DNA from: an uncultured delta proteobacterium
GTDB taxonomy: Bacteria; Myxococcota_A; Polyangia; Haliangiales; Haliangiaceae
Direction: 5' to 3'
Assembly: GCA_963848295.1 (NCBI GenBank)
Contig: CAWKDB010000010.1
Coordinates: 2,880,001-2,944,000 of the forward strand
DNA: 64,000 bases
Of the stretch, positions 19,901 through 29,841 are shown piece by piece. The position numbers and the translations under genes were made by a program. The first letter of the stretch is position 1. Each line of letters begins with the position of its first letter. Below the pieces are notes generated by a model. That model did no database searches. It was not told where the DNA came from and saw nothing but the letters and a program-made list of their open reading frames with translations.

Positions 19901-20723
19901 TGGACGTCGACGAATCACCGCCTGTGACGACCTGGTTCGAGCTCGACGTGCCTAGCGCGGCGCTGGTGTAGTTGAACGACGCGTTCGTCGAATGGTTGCG
20001 GGTCGAAGCCGCGCCGCCGACGGTCGAGGTCGTCTCTTCTTTTACCTCGGTGTTGTACTTCAGCTTCTCGCCCAAGCCGCCGCGGCCGAGCTCCTGCCGG
20101 GCGAGATGATCGTCGACGACCTTGTCCGTCGTCGCCTTCGTCGTGCCGGCCGCATTGCGCCGCGCGAGCATCTGGTTCAGCGCCGCCTGAGACGTCGCCG
20201 GGTTGTCGATCAGGGCGAGGTCGGCGGCGGTTGACTGCACCTTCTTGTCGGACGCTGCCACCCAGCCCTCGAACTGGCGCTTCTGATCCTTGAGCCGGTC
20301 GAGCTTGGCCTCATCGCCCGCGGCCTTCGCCTTCTCGATGTCGCGTTCGACGTCGCGCAAGCCCGCGGACATCATCTGGTGGTTGAACACCGCGGTGTCC
20401 TGCTCGGTCTTGAGCTTCACCGCCTCGGTGTGAACCCGGTCGTCGCGCGGCGTCTGCTTGGCCGCGTTGTCGGATTGGAGGACCGCGACGACGCTTTGCA
20501 CGTAGCTGTTGCCGCGCGCGCCGTGAAGCGCTCGAAGCATCGCATCGCGATCGGCGGGATGCGCGTCGATGACCGCCGCGACCTCGTCGGGCGGAGGCGT
20601 GCCACGAGCGAACAACGCGGAGAGTGCGGCGGTTCCGCTTCCGCTACTTGCCTCTGCCTTGGCGACCGAGCTTTCGCCGCCCGAAGGCGATTGTTGAGCT
20701 TCCTGCTCCGATGCACGCCCCAC
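16932..20723 (-). CDS. Large hypothetical protein (1263 aa), possible secreted effector
   Basis: Long uninterrupted ORF with strong GC3 bias; Gly/Ser/Thr-rich beta-like middle; helical C-terminus; no classical signal peptide. Confidence 0.8.
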   Translation of the reverse strand: MGRASEQEAQQSPSGGESSVAKAEASSGSGTAALSALFARGTPPPDEVAAVIDAHPADRDAMLRALHGARGNSYVQSVVAVLQSDNAAKQTPRDDRVHTEAVKLKTEQDTAVFNHQMMSAGLRDVERDIEKAKAAGDEAKLDRLKDQKRQFEGWVAASDKKVQSTAADLALIDNPATSQAALNQMLARRNAAGTTKATTDKVVDDHLARQELGRGGLGEKLKYNTEVKEETTSTVGGAASTRNHSTNASFNYTSAALGTSSSNQVVTGGDSSTSTHSTQNLLDHKGLTRTKAHSEVETSDDGKGNAVTATAADKSTLNAGLGGASSTHEQVQQVDDFKMSSSHTENLMRGDGKVGGGVSNTSQVGTVDPKTGELRTGNTNNSSVEGHLQADRDGFGLGGSGAAGRDNIHTWDNGHPFSTPNPDREPDLSQKTKGISNTVKTGVSVAGDGHVVISVKPYAGEDKSLEGRFVVVVAVHLGASLGGSADAARKYDETDGSRRDGSFGGGGDISVKGSADLSFQHVMSSDECKEYLDQLHVVNAQNAGNGKYPELAQISTAWRDGWRGGGAAAANAARAASLDNPEAIRKMADGDKIELDVAGGGEAKAHLDADAAGLGIGGHGGVSHNGTLKFILEKAHDELLVRVAVDSDTELGAGGSASVGFAKGSFDHAHKTATGTGATFHLTADEVAIKDEILRARSQADLEALMTKYPKLLEEHETSKASTDSDKVAVSVFKVNLELGGSAGTSQRLVTDKDGKQTEIDAASSQGGGSIGVDKWKLSGSQTQAVETAVSADNKASGDLAQTDAHTDLQKTLLDHDDRSRQKSLLSKATGADGLKPEESSDQSGMFLSDADYNTIIGAATDAVSWDHHFASTRNGDDWKTLRRSINAAHGDKKLVAQALATFIGKNDHDRMQMIEAVVRVPLGNGSGGSMYDFPEGLANLKPLYKALVVEDPGVTAKQLRDAGKKKEATKEAQAKIEALDSLYNQITTAQAKFTETGNITAYGEMLHHIASRRQELGNYVDDNEVVKGKKRYNDLLGVCTRYKEQENKAYEGIVDLDGHDAKAKADFENQLRGLYHVWEPDYAELSDLGATWYPGDEHIWSKLKPNETKWEQSHDHDVAPVGDDHEQIDDNREREANEHLRRPTGVAAQKAQHANELKAKDAQVAVQAGPVAAAKQKAAAAAQWHNKAIRDHEPIAPAAAQKAGAAWKAWADATYQEDRYHVSAASPYAVAAAVENNAQQAIEAFHRAEQLFKQARELNHDA

Positions 20724-20858
20724 GGCTCAAGTTTACGCCGGCTGGCGCCGATCTCTTCCTCGATTCCAGCCCCCGCGACCGAGTCCAATCTGACCCGTGT
20801 TCGTGACTACCATTTCGACTCCAGGCGCTAGCGCGGGCGATGTAAGGGCGGCGTAAGA

Positions 20859-22943
20859 CTATTCGTCGGCCGGCAGCGCGAAGCTCGCGAAGAAATTCTT
20901 GACCTCGGCGGCGGGCACTTTTTGTCGCGCCTCTTCGCCGAGATCGCGCACGTCGAGCAGCTCGTCGGGGACCTCGAGCAAGAACCGCGAAGGCGTGCGC
21001 GGCATCGTGCGGCCGCGATTCACGCGAGTGCACGCGCGGGTCAGGTACAGCTTGCGCTGCGCGCGCGTGATCCCGACGTAGCACAGCCGGCGCTCTTCGC
21101 TGATGTCGGTCGCGTGGTCCGCATCGACGGCCGGGACTTGCTCCCGGCCCGCAGCGCCGCCGGATGGCGGTGCGGTCCTGATGCCGACGTCGGTCACCTG
21201 CGGCTGCAACGTCCGCGCGTGCGGCAGCAGCTCCTCTTCGAGCCCGATCATGAAGCACACCGGAAACTCGAGGCCCTTCGCACCGTGCAGCGTGCACAGC
21301 ACGACCTTGTCACCGTCGTCGTGCTTCTCGTCCTTGCTGTCGAGCGAGAGATGGCGCAGGTACTCGGCGAGATCGGTCCGGCCTTTGGCGGCGAACTTGC
21401 CGAGCGACCCGAGCAACCCTTCGACGTTGTCGATCCGCCGCTGCGCCGCGGCCATGCTGCCCGATGCCGCCCGCAGGTCTTCGTAGAGGCCGATGTCCTT
21501 GACCAGCGAGCGCGTCACCGCGACGACATCGATCCCGGCTTCGAACCCGGCGCGTACGCGCTCGACCGCCGCGATGAAGCCATCGATCCCGGCGCGCGCG
21601 GCGCCGTGGACCTCGGTGTTGCGCAGCGCATCCCACAGCGTCGCGTGATTGGCCTGCGCCACCGCCGCGAGCTTGTCGACCGTGGTCGTGCCGATGCCGC
21701 GCGCCGGATAGTTCAACACCCGGCGCAGCGCGAGCTCGTCCCTCGGGTTGATCGCGACCCGCAGGTACGCGATCAGGTCCTTGACTTCCTTGCGCTCGAA
21801 GAACTGCTGGCCGCCGTACATCACGTACGGCACGTCGAGCTGGCGCAGCTCGTCCTCGACCACCTTCGCCTGGACGTTCGAGCGATAGAGGATCGCGATG
21901 TCGGACCAGCGCCGGCCGTCTTGTTGGAGCTGGCGGATCTCGCGCGCGACCCACTTCGCTTCGTCGTCGGCGGTCGGCGCGACGGCGTGGGTGATCGCGT
22001 CGCCGTCCGGCAGCTGCGACCACAGCGTCTTGCCGTGGCGGTTCTTGTTGTTCGCGATCACCGCGTTCGCCGCTGCGAGGATCGACTTGGTCGAGCGATA
22101 GTTTTGCTCGAGCTTGACGATCTTGGCGCCGGGAAACAGCTCGCCGAACTTCAAGATGTTCGTCGGGTCTGCGCCGCGCCAGCTGTAGATCGATTGATCG
22201 TCGTCGCCGACCACGCACAGGTTGCCGTGATCGCGCACGAGGTGCTGGACCATCCGCAGCTGCGCGCGGTTCGTGTCTTGAAACTCGTCGACCATCACGT
22301 ACTCGAACCGCTCGGCCCAGGCGTTGCCGGTGGCGGGATCGCGCTCCCACAGCCGGACCGGTTCCACGATCAGGTCGTCGAAGTCGAACGCCGCACACGC
22401 GCGCAGGCCCTCCTGATACTTCGGATAGATCTGCTGGGTCATCGCATCGTAGTCGTCGAGTGGGTTGCCCTCGAAGTCATCGGGCGCGATGAACGCGTTC
22501 TTCGCGAGCGAGATCCGGGTCAAGATCGCCTTCGCGTCGTAGCGGCGATCGCCGTCGCGGACGACCCGCATCGCTTCGCGCACCGCGCCGAGCTGATCGG
22601 AGCCGTCGTAGATCACGAAGCCGCGCGGCATGCCGAGCGCCTTGCGTTCGATCCGCAGCACTTGCAGGCCGAGCGCGTGAAACGTCCCGATCGTGAGCTC
22701 GCGCGCGACCGCCTTGTCGCCGAGCAGCGCCGAGACTCGCTCGCGCATCTCCTCGGCCGCTTTGTTCGTGAACGTGACCGCGCAGATCCGCTGCGGCGGC
22801 ACGCCCTGCGCCAGCAAGTGCGCGATCCGGAACGTGATCACGCGGGTCTTGCCCGAGCCTGCGCCGGCGAGCACCAGCACCGGGCCTCGGCCGTGGCTCG
22901 CCGCATCGCGCTGCGGCGGATTGAGCTTGCCGAGATCGACCAC
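20859..22943 (-). CDS. UvrD/Rep/PcrA-family SF1 DNA helicase
   Basis: LAGAGSGKTRVIT, VMVDEFQDTN, VVGDDDQSIYSWRGA, LEQNYRST, TLHGAKGLEF, EERRLCYVGITRAQ. Confidence 0.95.
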   Translation of the reverse strand: MVDLGKLNPPQRDAASHGRGPVLVLAGAGSGKTRVITFRIAHLLAQGVPPQRICAVTFTNKAAEEMRERVSALLGDKAVARELTIGTFHALGLQVLRIERKALGMPRGFVIYDGSDQLGAVREAMRVVRDGDRRYDAKAILTRISLAKNAFIAPDDFEGNPLDDYDAMTQQIYPKYQEGLRACAAFDFDDLIVEPVRLWERDPATGNAWAERFEYVMVDEFQDTNRAQLRMVQHLVRDHGNLCVVGDDDQSIYSWRGADPTNILKFGELFPGAKIVKLEQNYRSTKSILAAANAVIANNKNRHGKTLWSQLPDGDAITHAVAPTADDEAKWVAREIRQLQQDGRRWSDIAILYRSNVQAKVVEDELRQLDVPYVMYGGQQFFERKEVKDLIAYLRVAINPRDELALRRVLNYPARGIGTTTVDKLAAVAQANHATLWDALRNTEVHGAARAGIDGFIAAVERVRAGFEAGIDVVAVTRSLVKDIGLYEDLRAASGSMAAAQRRIDNVEGLLGSLGKFAAKGRTDLAEYLRHLSLDSKDEKHDDGDKVVLCTLHGAKGLEFPVCFMIGLEEELLPHARTLQPQVTDVGIRTAPPSGGAAGREQVPAVDADHATDISEERRLCYVGITRAQRKLYLTRACTRVNRGRTMPRTPSRFLLEVPDELLDVRDLGEEARQKVPAAEVKNFFASFALPADE

Positions 22944-23016
22944 GGAGCGAGCACGCTACGGATCCGCGACCGCGCCGTCAACGCGAATGCGCGCCCACGC
23001 GCTACGATGTCGTGGC

Positions 23017-23559
23017 GTGCGCTCCAGTTACGAACAGTTGGTCGACGAGCTGCGCGCCGAGTTCCCGCGGTTCCGCATCGTTCGCAAGGATCGGTCGCGT
23101 CTGCATCGCGCGATCGACATCGGGTTGCGGATCGTCACATTCGGCCGGATGAGGACCTACCTCGACTCGTTTCAGACCACGATCGGCGCGACGGTCTACG
23201 TCACGCCGGATTGGGACGACTGGGAGCCCGACCGCCGCTACGTGACGCTACGCCACGAGGCGATCCACCTGCGACAATTTCGACGGTTCACGCTGCCCGG
23301 GATGGCGGTGCTCTACGTGCTGTTCCCGCTGCCGATCGGCCTGGCCTGGTTTCGCGCGCACTTCGAGAAGGAGGCGTACGCCGAGAGCATCCGGGCGGCG
23401 GCCGAGGTCTGGGGTAGCGACTACCCGAAGCGACCCGATTTTCGCAACCACGTGGTCTCGCAATTTCTCGGGGCGAGCTACGGATGGATGTGGCCGTTTC
23501 GCGCCGCCATCGAACGTTGGTACGATGCGGTCTTGGCCACGCTCGGTCAGCAGTCATAG
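23017..23559 (+). CDS. Hypothetical protein with HExxH zincin-like motif
   Basis: GTG at 23017; TTIGATVY...[10 protein letters not shown]...hydrophobic stretch...FEKEAY. Confidence 0.7.
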   Translation: MRSSYEQLVDELRAEFPRFRIVRKDRSRLHRAIDIGLRIVTFGRMRTYLDSFQTTIGATVYVTPDWDDWEPDRRYVTLRHEAIHLRQFRRFTLPGMAVLYVLFPLPIGLAWFRAHFEKEAYAESIRAAAEVWGSDYPKRPDFRNHVVSQFLGASYGWMWPFRAAIERWYDAVLATLGQQS

Positions 23560-25897
23560 AGTCGGTGCAGCTTGCGATCCGATCGTAGGCATCGATCTCG
23601 GGACGTCGAATACCGTCGTCGCGTATGCGGAACCCGCGGGCGTAGCGAAGGTGCTCGCCGACGAAGCGAGCTTCAAGATCCATCCGTCGGTCGTGTCGTT
23701 CCACCCGAACGGCGGCGTCGTGGTCGGCGCCGCGGCCAAGCAGCGCAAGGTCATCGATCCGAAGAACACGATCTTCTCGGTCAAGCGGTTGATCGGCCGC
23801 AGCTACGACTCGCGCGAGGTCCAGACCGCGAAGCCGCGGATGCCGTATCAGATCAAGGAGGGGCCGAACCACCTCCCGATCATCGTCACGCGCGGCGGCG
23901 AGTTCGCGGTGCCGGAGATCTCGGCGATCGTGCTCGACCACATGAAGAACGTGGCATCGGGCGCGCTCGGAGCGCCGGTGTCACGCGCGGTCGTCACCGT
24001 CCCGGCGACGTTCAACGATGCGCAGCGTTCGGCGACCGCGACCGCCGGCGCGATCGCAGGGCTCACGATCTTGCGCGTGCTCAACGAGCCGACCGCGGCG
24101 GCGCTCGCGTACGGCCACGCGAAGGATCTGCGCCAGACGATCGCGGTCTACGACTTCGGCGGCGGCACGTTCGACATCACGATCTTGAAGCTCGACGATC
24201 AGGTCTACGAGGTGCTCGGCACCGCCGGCGACACGTTCCTCGGCGGCGATGACCTCGACGAGCGGCTCGTCGATCGCATGGTCGAGAAGTTCCTCGCCGA
24301 GAATCGCATCGACCTGCGCGACAACGAGGTGTCGATGATGCGGCTGCGTGCGGTCGCGGAGCAGACCAAGATCGAGCTGTCGCGCCGATCGCGTGCGGTC
24401 GTGCGGATCGACGAGATCGCGTATGGCGCGAAGGGCAAGCCGCTCAACCTCCAGGTCGAAGTCACGCGCGACGAGTTCGTGGCGCAGGTCGCCGACATCA
24501 TCGATCGCACGTTCCCGGTCGTCCGCGAGGCGCTGACGCTCGCCGGGCTCGACACCCGCCGGATCGACGACGTGTTGCTCGTCGGCGGCACGACGAAGAT
24601 CCCCTACGTGCGCGATCAGGTCGCGAAGTTCTTCGGCAAGGCGCCACGCACCGACGTCAATCCCGAAGAGGCGGTCGCCTCGGGAGCCGCCCTGCAGGCG
24701 CTCGCGCTCGATCGCGTGCTCAAGCGACCCTCTGGCAAGACGAACGTGCCGGTGCCGATCGGCGAGTTTGCCGACGAATCGCCGACGCGCGAGGGCAGCG
24801 ACCTCGATGCCGCGCTCAACTTCGTCACGACCGAGAGCGAGCCGACCGAGACCACGAAGACCACGCCGAAGCGCGAGATGCCGATGCCGCAGGTCGAAGA
24901 CGAGCTGTCCGAGCTCACCTTCGAGACCCCGAAGCGGCCGACGAGCTCGTACGGCATGGCGCGGACGGTGACCGGCGAGCGAGCTCCCGCGCGAGGAGCG
25001 CAAGTCGATCGCCTGGAAGGCGAGCGCACCCCACCGCCGCAAGCGACGCCACTGGGTCGGATCACGAAGCCGGCGAACCCACCGCCGATGACGACGATGG
25101 TCGGCGTCCCGAACGCGCCGCCCCCGCAAGCCACGCCACCGACGACGACGCGGGGCACCGATCGCTCGGTGCCGATCTCGCGGCCTCCCGCCTCGCCGCC
25201 GGCGATCGCCCTGCCGCCGCTCGCCGCCCCGCCGATGCCGCCTCCCGCCGTGCCGCCGATGCCGCCTCCCGCCGTGCCGCCGGCGTCGCCGGCGGCTCGC
25301 ACGATCATGCTCGATCCCCCGGCGTCACCTCCGATGGCGCGCACGATGCTCGATCCCGCCGCGAGCAGCACCGCGCCCGGCATGGGCCCGGCCGAGACGC
25401 TCCAGACGCCGGCGTCGACCGCGAAAGGCTTCACGCCGCCGGCGGCCTACCCTCAGAGCTATCCGGTGATGCAGGCCCGGTCCGCGCCGGTCGTGCTCGA
25501 CGTGACGCCGCGCGGCCTCGGCATCGGCACGGTTGCCGGCTACTGCGAGGAGCTGATCCGGCGCAACGCGCGCGTGCCGACCGAGACGCGCAAGCTGTTC
25601 ACGACCTCGCGCGATCGCCAAGACGTCGTTCACATCATCGTGTGCCAAGGCGAGTCGCGCCGGCTCGACGACAACACCGTGATCGGCGACCTCAAGCTCG
25701 ACAACTTGCCGCCGCGCGAACGAGGCGAGACCTCGATCGAGGTCACGTTCATGCTCGACGCCTCCGGCATCTTGCAAGTGCGCGCGCGCGACGCTCAGAC
25801 CGGTCGCGAGCAACGCGCGACGCTGGACCTCGTCGGTTCCGTGCCCGACGCTGACGTCGCGTCGTCGCGCAACCGCGTCCAAGCGCTGCGTCGCTAG
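23525..25897 (+). CDS. Hsp70/DnaK-family protein with long Pro-rich insertion and no lid
   Basis: [44 protein letters not shown]; substrate-binding beta domain begins [10 protein letters not shown]; start codon uncertain. Confidence 0.9.
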   Translation: MRSWPRSVSSHRVGAACDPIVGIDLGTSNTVVAYAEPAGVAKVLADEASFKIHPSVVSFHPNGGVVVGAAAKQRKVIDPKNTIFSVKRLIGRSYDSREVQTAKPRMPYQIKEGPNHLPIIVTRGGEFAVPEISAIVLDHMKNVASGALGAPVSRAVVTVPATFNDAQRSATATAGAIAGLTILRVLNEPTAAALAYGHAKDLRQTIAVYDFGGGTFDITILKLDDQVYEVLGTAGDTFLGGDDLDERLVDRMVEKFLAENRIDLRDNEVSMMRLRAVAEQTKIELSRRSRAVVRIDEIAYGAKGKPLNLQVEVTRDEFVAQVADIIDRTFPVVREALTLAGLDTRRIDDVLLVGGTTKIPYVRDQVAKFFGKAPRTDVNPEEAVASGAALQALALDRVLKRPSGKTNVPVPIGEFADESPTREGSDLDAALNFVTTESEPTETTKTTPKREMPMPQVEDELSELTFETPKRPTSSYGMARTVTGERAPARGAQVDRLEGERTPPPQATPLGRITKPANPPPMTTMVGVPNAPPPQATPPTTTRGTDRSVPISRPPASPPAIALPPLAAPPMPPPAVPPMPPPAVPPASPAARTIMLDPPASPPMARTMLDPAASSTAPGMGPAETLQTPASTAKGFTPPAAYPQSYPVMQARSAPVVLDVTPRGLGIGTVAGYCEELIRRNARVPTETRKLFTTSRDRQDVVHIIVCQGESRRLDDNTVIGDLKLDNLPPRERGETSIEVTFMLDASGILQVRARDAQTGREQRATLDLVGSVPDADVASSRNRVQALRR

Positions 25898-25909
25898 CGG
25901 CCCAACAGG

Positions 25910-25929
25910 GACCTTTTGCAATAAAGGTC
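25910..25929. terminator. AT-rich inverted repeat between convergent genes (possible terminator or protein-binding site)
   Basis: GACCTTT-TGCAAT-AAAGGTC, 7-bp arms. Confidence 0.35.
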
Positions 25930-25972
25930 GATGCGTCCTTGCTTCGCCCGACACGTGGTTGATCGATCCGGC

Positions 25973-26281
25973 TCAATTGACCGCGAAGCCGACGGCGGCG
26001 CCGAGGCCCGCGCCGATCACCGCGCCGGTCGCGACCTGTGCGGTCGAGCCGTGCAACGCCGCGGCGACCACGCCGCCCGCGAGCGCTCCGCCAAGACCGC
26101 CGACCGCGAGCGCGCGCGCCGCGTCGCGGTGCTCCACCGGCGCCGGCGCGTTGACTTGGTTGATCACGGTGACCTGGGTCGGCTTGCTGCCTAGCACGCC
26201 GCCGATCGCACTGACCGCCGATTTCGTGGCGGCGCAGCCGGCGAGCTGAGCGACGACGAGGATCGCAAAGGTGAGCTTCAT
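25973..26281 (-). CDS. Small glycine-zipper lipoprotein
   Basis: MKLTFAILVVAQLAGC lipobox; GGLGGALAGG...GAVIGAGLGAAVG. Confidence 0.7.
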   Translation of the reverse strand: MKLTFAILVVAQLAGCAATKSAVSAIGGVLGSKPTQVTVINQVNAPAPVEHRDAARALAVGGLGGALAGGVVAAALHGSTAQVATGAVIGAGLGAAVGFAVN

Positions 26282-26430
26282 GCTCGCAAGCGTACGATGC
26301 ACGGATGCGCGACGACCTGGCAGTCGCGTGCAGCGGCTGGCAATGTGCCCGCCAAAGTCGGCGGCCGCGCCGCGATCGATCGGCCCCGGGGTTCAGAAAC
26401 CCGAGACTGGATTCGTTCGCCATAACGGCA

Positions 26431-27696
26431 TCAGTCACCGCCTTCGTCGGGATCGCTCGACAGCGACGGGCTGCCCTTCTTCGGGCGCGCCGGTTTTGCC
26501 GGCGATGGCGCCGCTGCATCGTCGGCTTTGCCCGAGAGGCGCGACGACGATTTCTTGTCCGCCTTGGGTGTATCGCCAGCGGCGGCGGGCTCGGAGCCGC
26601 ACCATGGCAACTTGATCGCGCGCTTCTCGGCGAGCGTCCGCGGGTCGAGCACGCCGAGCTCGCCGAGCCGATCCCCGTGCAGCAAGACGAGCAAGCTCTT
26701 GGTCCCGGCGACGACGGTCGCTCCGATCAAGTGGTTAAAGTTCTTGGTGATCTGTTGCTTGCACTTGTCGCTGATCTTGTCACCGTCGTGCCAGTAGGCG
26801 TCGAGCTCGTCGGCCTTGCACACCATCTTCGGGATCTTGCGGACGAGCTGCACGCGCTTGCTCGTCGCGAGCTCGAACGTCGTCAGCGTCGAGAACCCGT
26901 GCTCGGCGACCCCGACGCGGCCCTTGTCGAGCAGCGAGAACGAGCCCTTGTACGTCGTCAGCGGCCGATCGTCCTTGCCGATCGCGGTGAGCGGCCCGAC
27001 CTGCGAGCCGTCGGCCTTGAACTCCCACACCGCGGAGTACGGGCCTTGGTCGGCCCCCTCGACGAAGATCTCGTCGCCCGAGAAGTAGACCGCGATCGGA
27101 TCGTTCGACAGCCCCTTGTCGCCGCGAATCGAGAAGCTCGACTGATGCTCCTTGGTCGCGGCGTCGAACAGGTGGACCTCGTCGCCGGCGAGCACCGCGA
27201 CCTTCGTGCCGTCGAGGTTCCACGCCATGTGCGCGATCTTGTCCTTCGCGCCCTTGCTGTCCTTGGGCAGGCAGAAGCCGCGGGCACAGCCGTCGTCGAT
27301 CGAGACGTCGACGCTGTAGCCGGGCAGCGGCGCCGGCGTGCGATACGTGACGGTGGCCTTGGTCGGGTCGACCGTCCAGCAGCCGACGACGCCGAGCAGC
27401 CGCGTCGGGTTCGTATCGATCGCGCACACGACCGCCTCGCCGTTGACCGATGCGAGCTCGAGCTTCGGCGCGCCGTCGTCTTTGAGCGCGGTCGGCAAGC
27501 ACGTCGATCCTTCGGGCGCGATCTCGAGGGCCGCAGCATGGCGCTTCGCCTCGCGATCCGCCTCGGTTTCCGGCGGCGGCGCCGGCTTCGCGACCGGCTT
27601 CGCGACCGGCTCCACGACCGTTTTCTTGTTGCCGCCGCAGGCGACGAGAGCGAGGAGCAAACACACACCGCGATTACGCGCGACGAGACGTCCCAT
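26431..27696 (-). CDS. Hypothetical lipoprotein (beta-propeller-like)
   Basis: ATG at 27696; LLLALVACGG lipobox; AWNLDGTKVAV propeller-like blade. Confidence 0.72.
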   Translation of the reverse strand: MGRLVARNRGVCLLLALVACGGNKKTVVEPVAKPVAKPAPPPETEADREAKRHAAALEIAPEGSTCLPTALKDDGAPKLELASVNGEAVVCAIDTNPTRLLGVVGCWTVDPTKATVTYRTPAPLPGYSVDVSIDDGCARGFCLPKDSKGAKDKIAHMAWNLDGTKVAVLAGDEVHLFDAATKEHQSSFSIRGDKGLSNDPIAVYFSGDEIFVEGADQGPYSAVWEFKADGSQVGPLTAIGKDDRPLTTYKGSFSLLDKGRVGVAEHGFSTLTTFELATSKRVQLVRKIPKMVCKADELDAYWHDGDKISDKCKQQITKNFNHLIGATVVAGTKSLLVLLHGDRLGELGVLDPRTLAEKRAIKLPWCGSEPAAAGDTPKADKKSSSRLSGKADDAAAPSPAKPARPKKGSPSLSSDPDEGGD

Positions 27697-27737
27697 GCGG
27701 TCGTTGTACGATCCCGAGCGAGCTGATACAAGGTGCC

Positions 27738-28337
27738 GTGGCGCGACGGACGAGGATCGAGCGCAACACGACCGAGACTCAGATCGCGATCGCGCTCGAT
27801 CTGGACGGCTCTGGCCAGCGCTCGATCGCGACGCCACTCCCGTTCCTCAGCCACATGCTCGAGGCCTTCGCGCGCCACGGCGTGTTCGACGTCGAGATCG
27901 CGGCGACCGGCGACATCGAGATCGACGGCCATCACACCGTCGAGGACATCGGGCTCGTGCTCGGCAACGCGTTCGAGCAAGCGCTCGGCGACCGCGCCGG
28001 CATCGTCCGCTACGGCTGGGCGACGTTGCCGATGGACGAAGTGCTCGTCACCGTCGCGGTCGATTTTTGCGGCCGGCCCGCGTTCGTGTGGAAGGTCGCA
28101 GGGCTCGAAGGCAAGTGGATCGGAGACTTCGACTGCGAGCTCGTCAAGGAGTTCTTCGCCGCGTTCGCGACGCGCGCCCAGTGCAACCTCCACGTCGTGG
28201 TCCACTACGGCGGCAACGCGCACCACATGATCGAGTGCATGTTCAAAGCGTTCGCACGTGCCGCCGATGCCGCGACGCGAATCGACCCTCGGCTCGGCGG
28301 CGCGGTGCCCTCGACCAAGGGCACGCTGACGACGTGA
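27738..28337 (+). CDS. hisB: Imidazoleglycerol-phosphate dehydratase
   Basis: IDGHHTVEDIG, LPMDE, GNAHHMIECMFKAF, VPSTKGTL. Confidence 0.96.
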   Translation: MARRTRIERNTTETQIAIALDLDGSGQRSIATPLPFLSHMLEAFARHGVFDVEIAATGDIEIDGHHTVEDIGLVLGNAFEQALGDRAGIVRYGWATLPMDEVLVTVAVDFCGRPAFVWKVAGLEGKWIGDFDCELVKEFFAAFATRAQCNLHVVVHYGGNAHHMIECMFKAFARAADAATRIDPRLGGAVPSTKGTLTT

Positions 28338-28990
28338 CGTCGACCGACCCGGTGCAACGCTCCGCGTCGCGGCACGCATCGGCGAAGCCGACGCCGTCGA
28401 TCGCGATCGTCGACGTGTGCTCGGGCAACTTGCGCTCGGTCGCGCGCGCGATCGCCCGGGTCGGTGGCACGCCGGTCGTCACCCGCGATCCTGATGTTGT
28501 CCGGTCGGCGGACAAAGTGATCGTGCCCGGCCAAGGCGCGTTCGACGTATTCATGCGCGGGCTGACCGAGCGAGGCCTCGGCGAGGTGTTGCGCGAAGCG
28601 ATCGCGAGCGGGCGGCCGTATCTCGGGATCTGCCTCGGCCTGCAAGTGCTGTTCGATCACGGCGACGAGGGCGACTGCGCAGGCTTGGGGTTCTTCGCGG
28701 GCCGCGTGACGAAGCTGGCACCGAGCGACCGCCGGCTCAAGGTCCCGCACATGGGGTGGAACCAAGTCCGCCAGCGCCGAGCGGTCGCCGGGATCGCCGA
28801 CGGCGACTACGTCTACTTCGTGCACTCTTATCGCGCGGTGCCCGTCGATCCATCGCTCGTCGCGCTCGAGGCCGACCATGGCGAGTCGTTCTGTGCCGCG
28901 ATCGCGAAGGACAACGTGCTCGCCGTGCAGTTTCATCCCGAGAAGAGCCAAGCGGTCGGCTTGCGGCTGCTCGAGAGCTTCGTCGCATGA
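28334..28990 (+). CDS. hisH: Imidazole glycerol phosphate synthase, glutaminase subunit
   Basis: GNLRSV, PGQGAF, LGICLGLQ, VPHMGWN, YFVHSY, QFHPEKS. Confidence 0.95.
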   Translation: MTSTDPVQRSASRHASAKPTPSIAIVDVCSGNLRSVARAIARVGGTPVVTRDPDVVRSADKVIVPGQGAFDVFMRGLTERGLGEVLREAIASGRPYLGICLGLQVLFDHGDEGDCAGLGFFAGRVTKLAPSDRRLKVPHMGWNQVRQRRAVAGIADGDYVYFVHSYRAVPVDPSLVALEADHGESFCAAIAKDNVLAVQFHPEKSQAVGLRLLESFVA

Positions 28991-29709
28991 AGTTATATCC
29001 GGCGATCGACGTGCTCGGCGGCCGAGCGGTTCGGCTAGAACAAGGCAGCCGCGAACGTGCGACCGTGTTCCACGAGGATCCGGTCGCGCTCGTCGCCGAG
29101 CTCGCCGCCGGCGGAGCGGATCGGTTGCATGTCGTCGATCTCGATGGCGCGTTCGGTGACCCGCGTCAGCACGTGTTGATCGCGCGCATCGTCGAGGCCG
29201 CACCGATCGAGGTCGAGGTCGGCGGTGGCATTCGCGATCGCGCTGCGCTCGATGCCGTGCTGGTCACCGGGGCGAAGCTCGCGGTGCTCGGCACCGCGGC
29301 GGTGCGCTCGCCGCTGTTCGTGGAGGCAGCGTGCCGCGCGTACCCCGGCCGGGTCATCGTCGCGGTCGACGCGAGGGACGGCATCGTCGCCGTCGATGGC
29401 TGGACCGCGAGCGGCGGCGTCTCGGCGATCGAGCTCGGCCGCCGTGCAGACGCCTGGGGTGCTGCGGCGTTGCTCTACACCGACGTCGCGCGCGACGGCC
29501 TGAGCCGCGGCCCGAACGTGGCCGCGACCGCCGAGCTCGCACGCGCGGTCGGCTGCGAAGTGATCGCATCGGGTGGGGTGGGCTCGCTCGCGGATCTCGT
29601 GGCGCTGCGCGACGCGGGAATCGTCGCCGCGGTCGTCGGCCGTGCGCTGTACGATCGCGCGTTCACCGTCGGCGAAGCCGTCCGCGTCGCCCATGGAGGC
29701 GCGGCGTGA
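28987..29709 (+). CDS. hisA: ProFAR isomerase
   Basis: [48 protein letters not shown]. Confidence 0.95.
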   Translation: MKLYPAIDVLGGRAVRLEQGSRERATVFHEDPVALVAELAAGGADRLHVVDLDGAFGDPRQHVLIARIVEAAPIEVEVGGGIRDRAALDAVLVTGAKLAVLGTAAVRSPLFVEAACRAYPGRVIVAVDARDGIVAVDGWTASGGVSAIELGRRADAWGAAALLYTDVARDGLSRGPNVAATAELARAVGCEVIASGGVGSLADLVALRDAGIVAAVVGRALYDRAFTVGEAVRVAHGGAA

Positions 29710-29841
29710 CGCTCGCCCGTCGCATCATCCCGTGCTTCGACGTCAACGATCGAACGTTCGCCGCCAGCGAAGCCCCGCGCGTCGCCCACGAAGGCGCGGC
29801 ATGACGCTCGCCCGTCGCATCATCCCGTGCCTCGACGTCAA
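29652..29841 (+). repeat. Diverged 95-bp tandem duplication of the hisA 3' end / hisF 5' end
   Basis: Units 29652-29746 and 29747-29841 share TGACGCTCGCCCGTCGCATCATCCCGTGC and a related upstream half. Confidence 0.9.

Noticed and set aside
20922..23417. Long antisense or alternative-frame ORFs (also 6132-8204, 8311-10074, 60981-63425 and others)
   Set aside because: They are shadow ORFs of well-supported genes, expected with high GC3.
25910..25929. IS terminal inverted-repeat remnant
   Set aside because: It is a single short palindrome with no partner end, target duplication or transposase.
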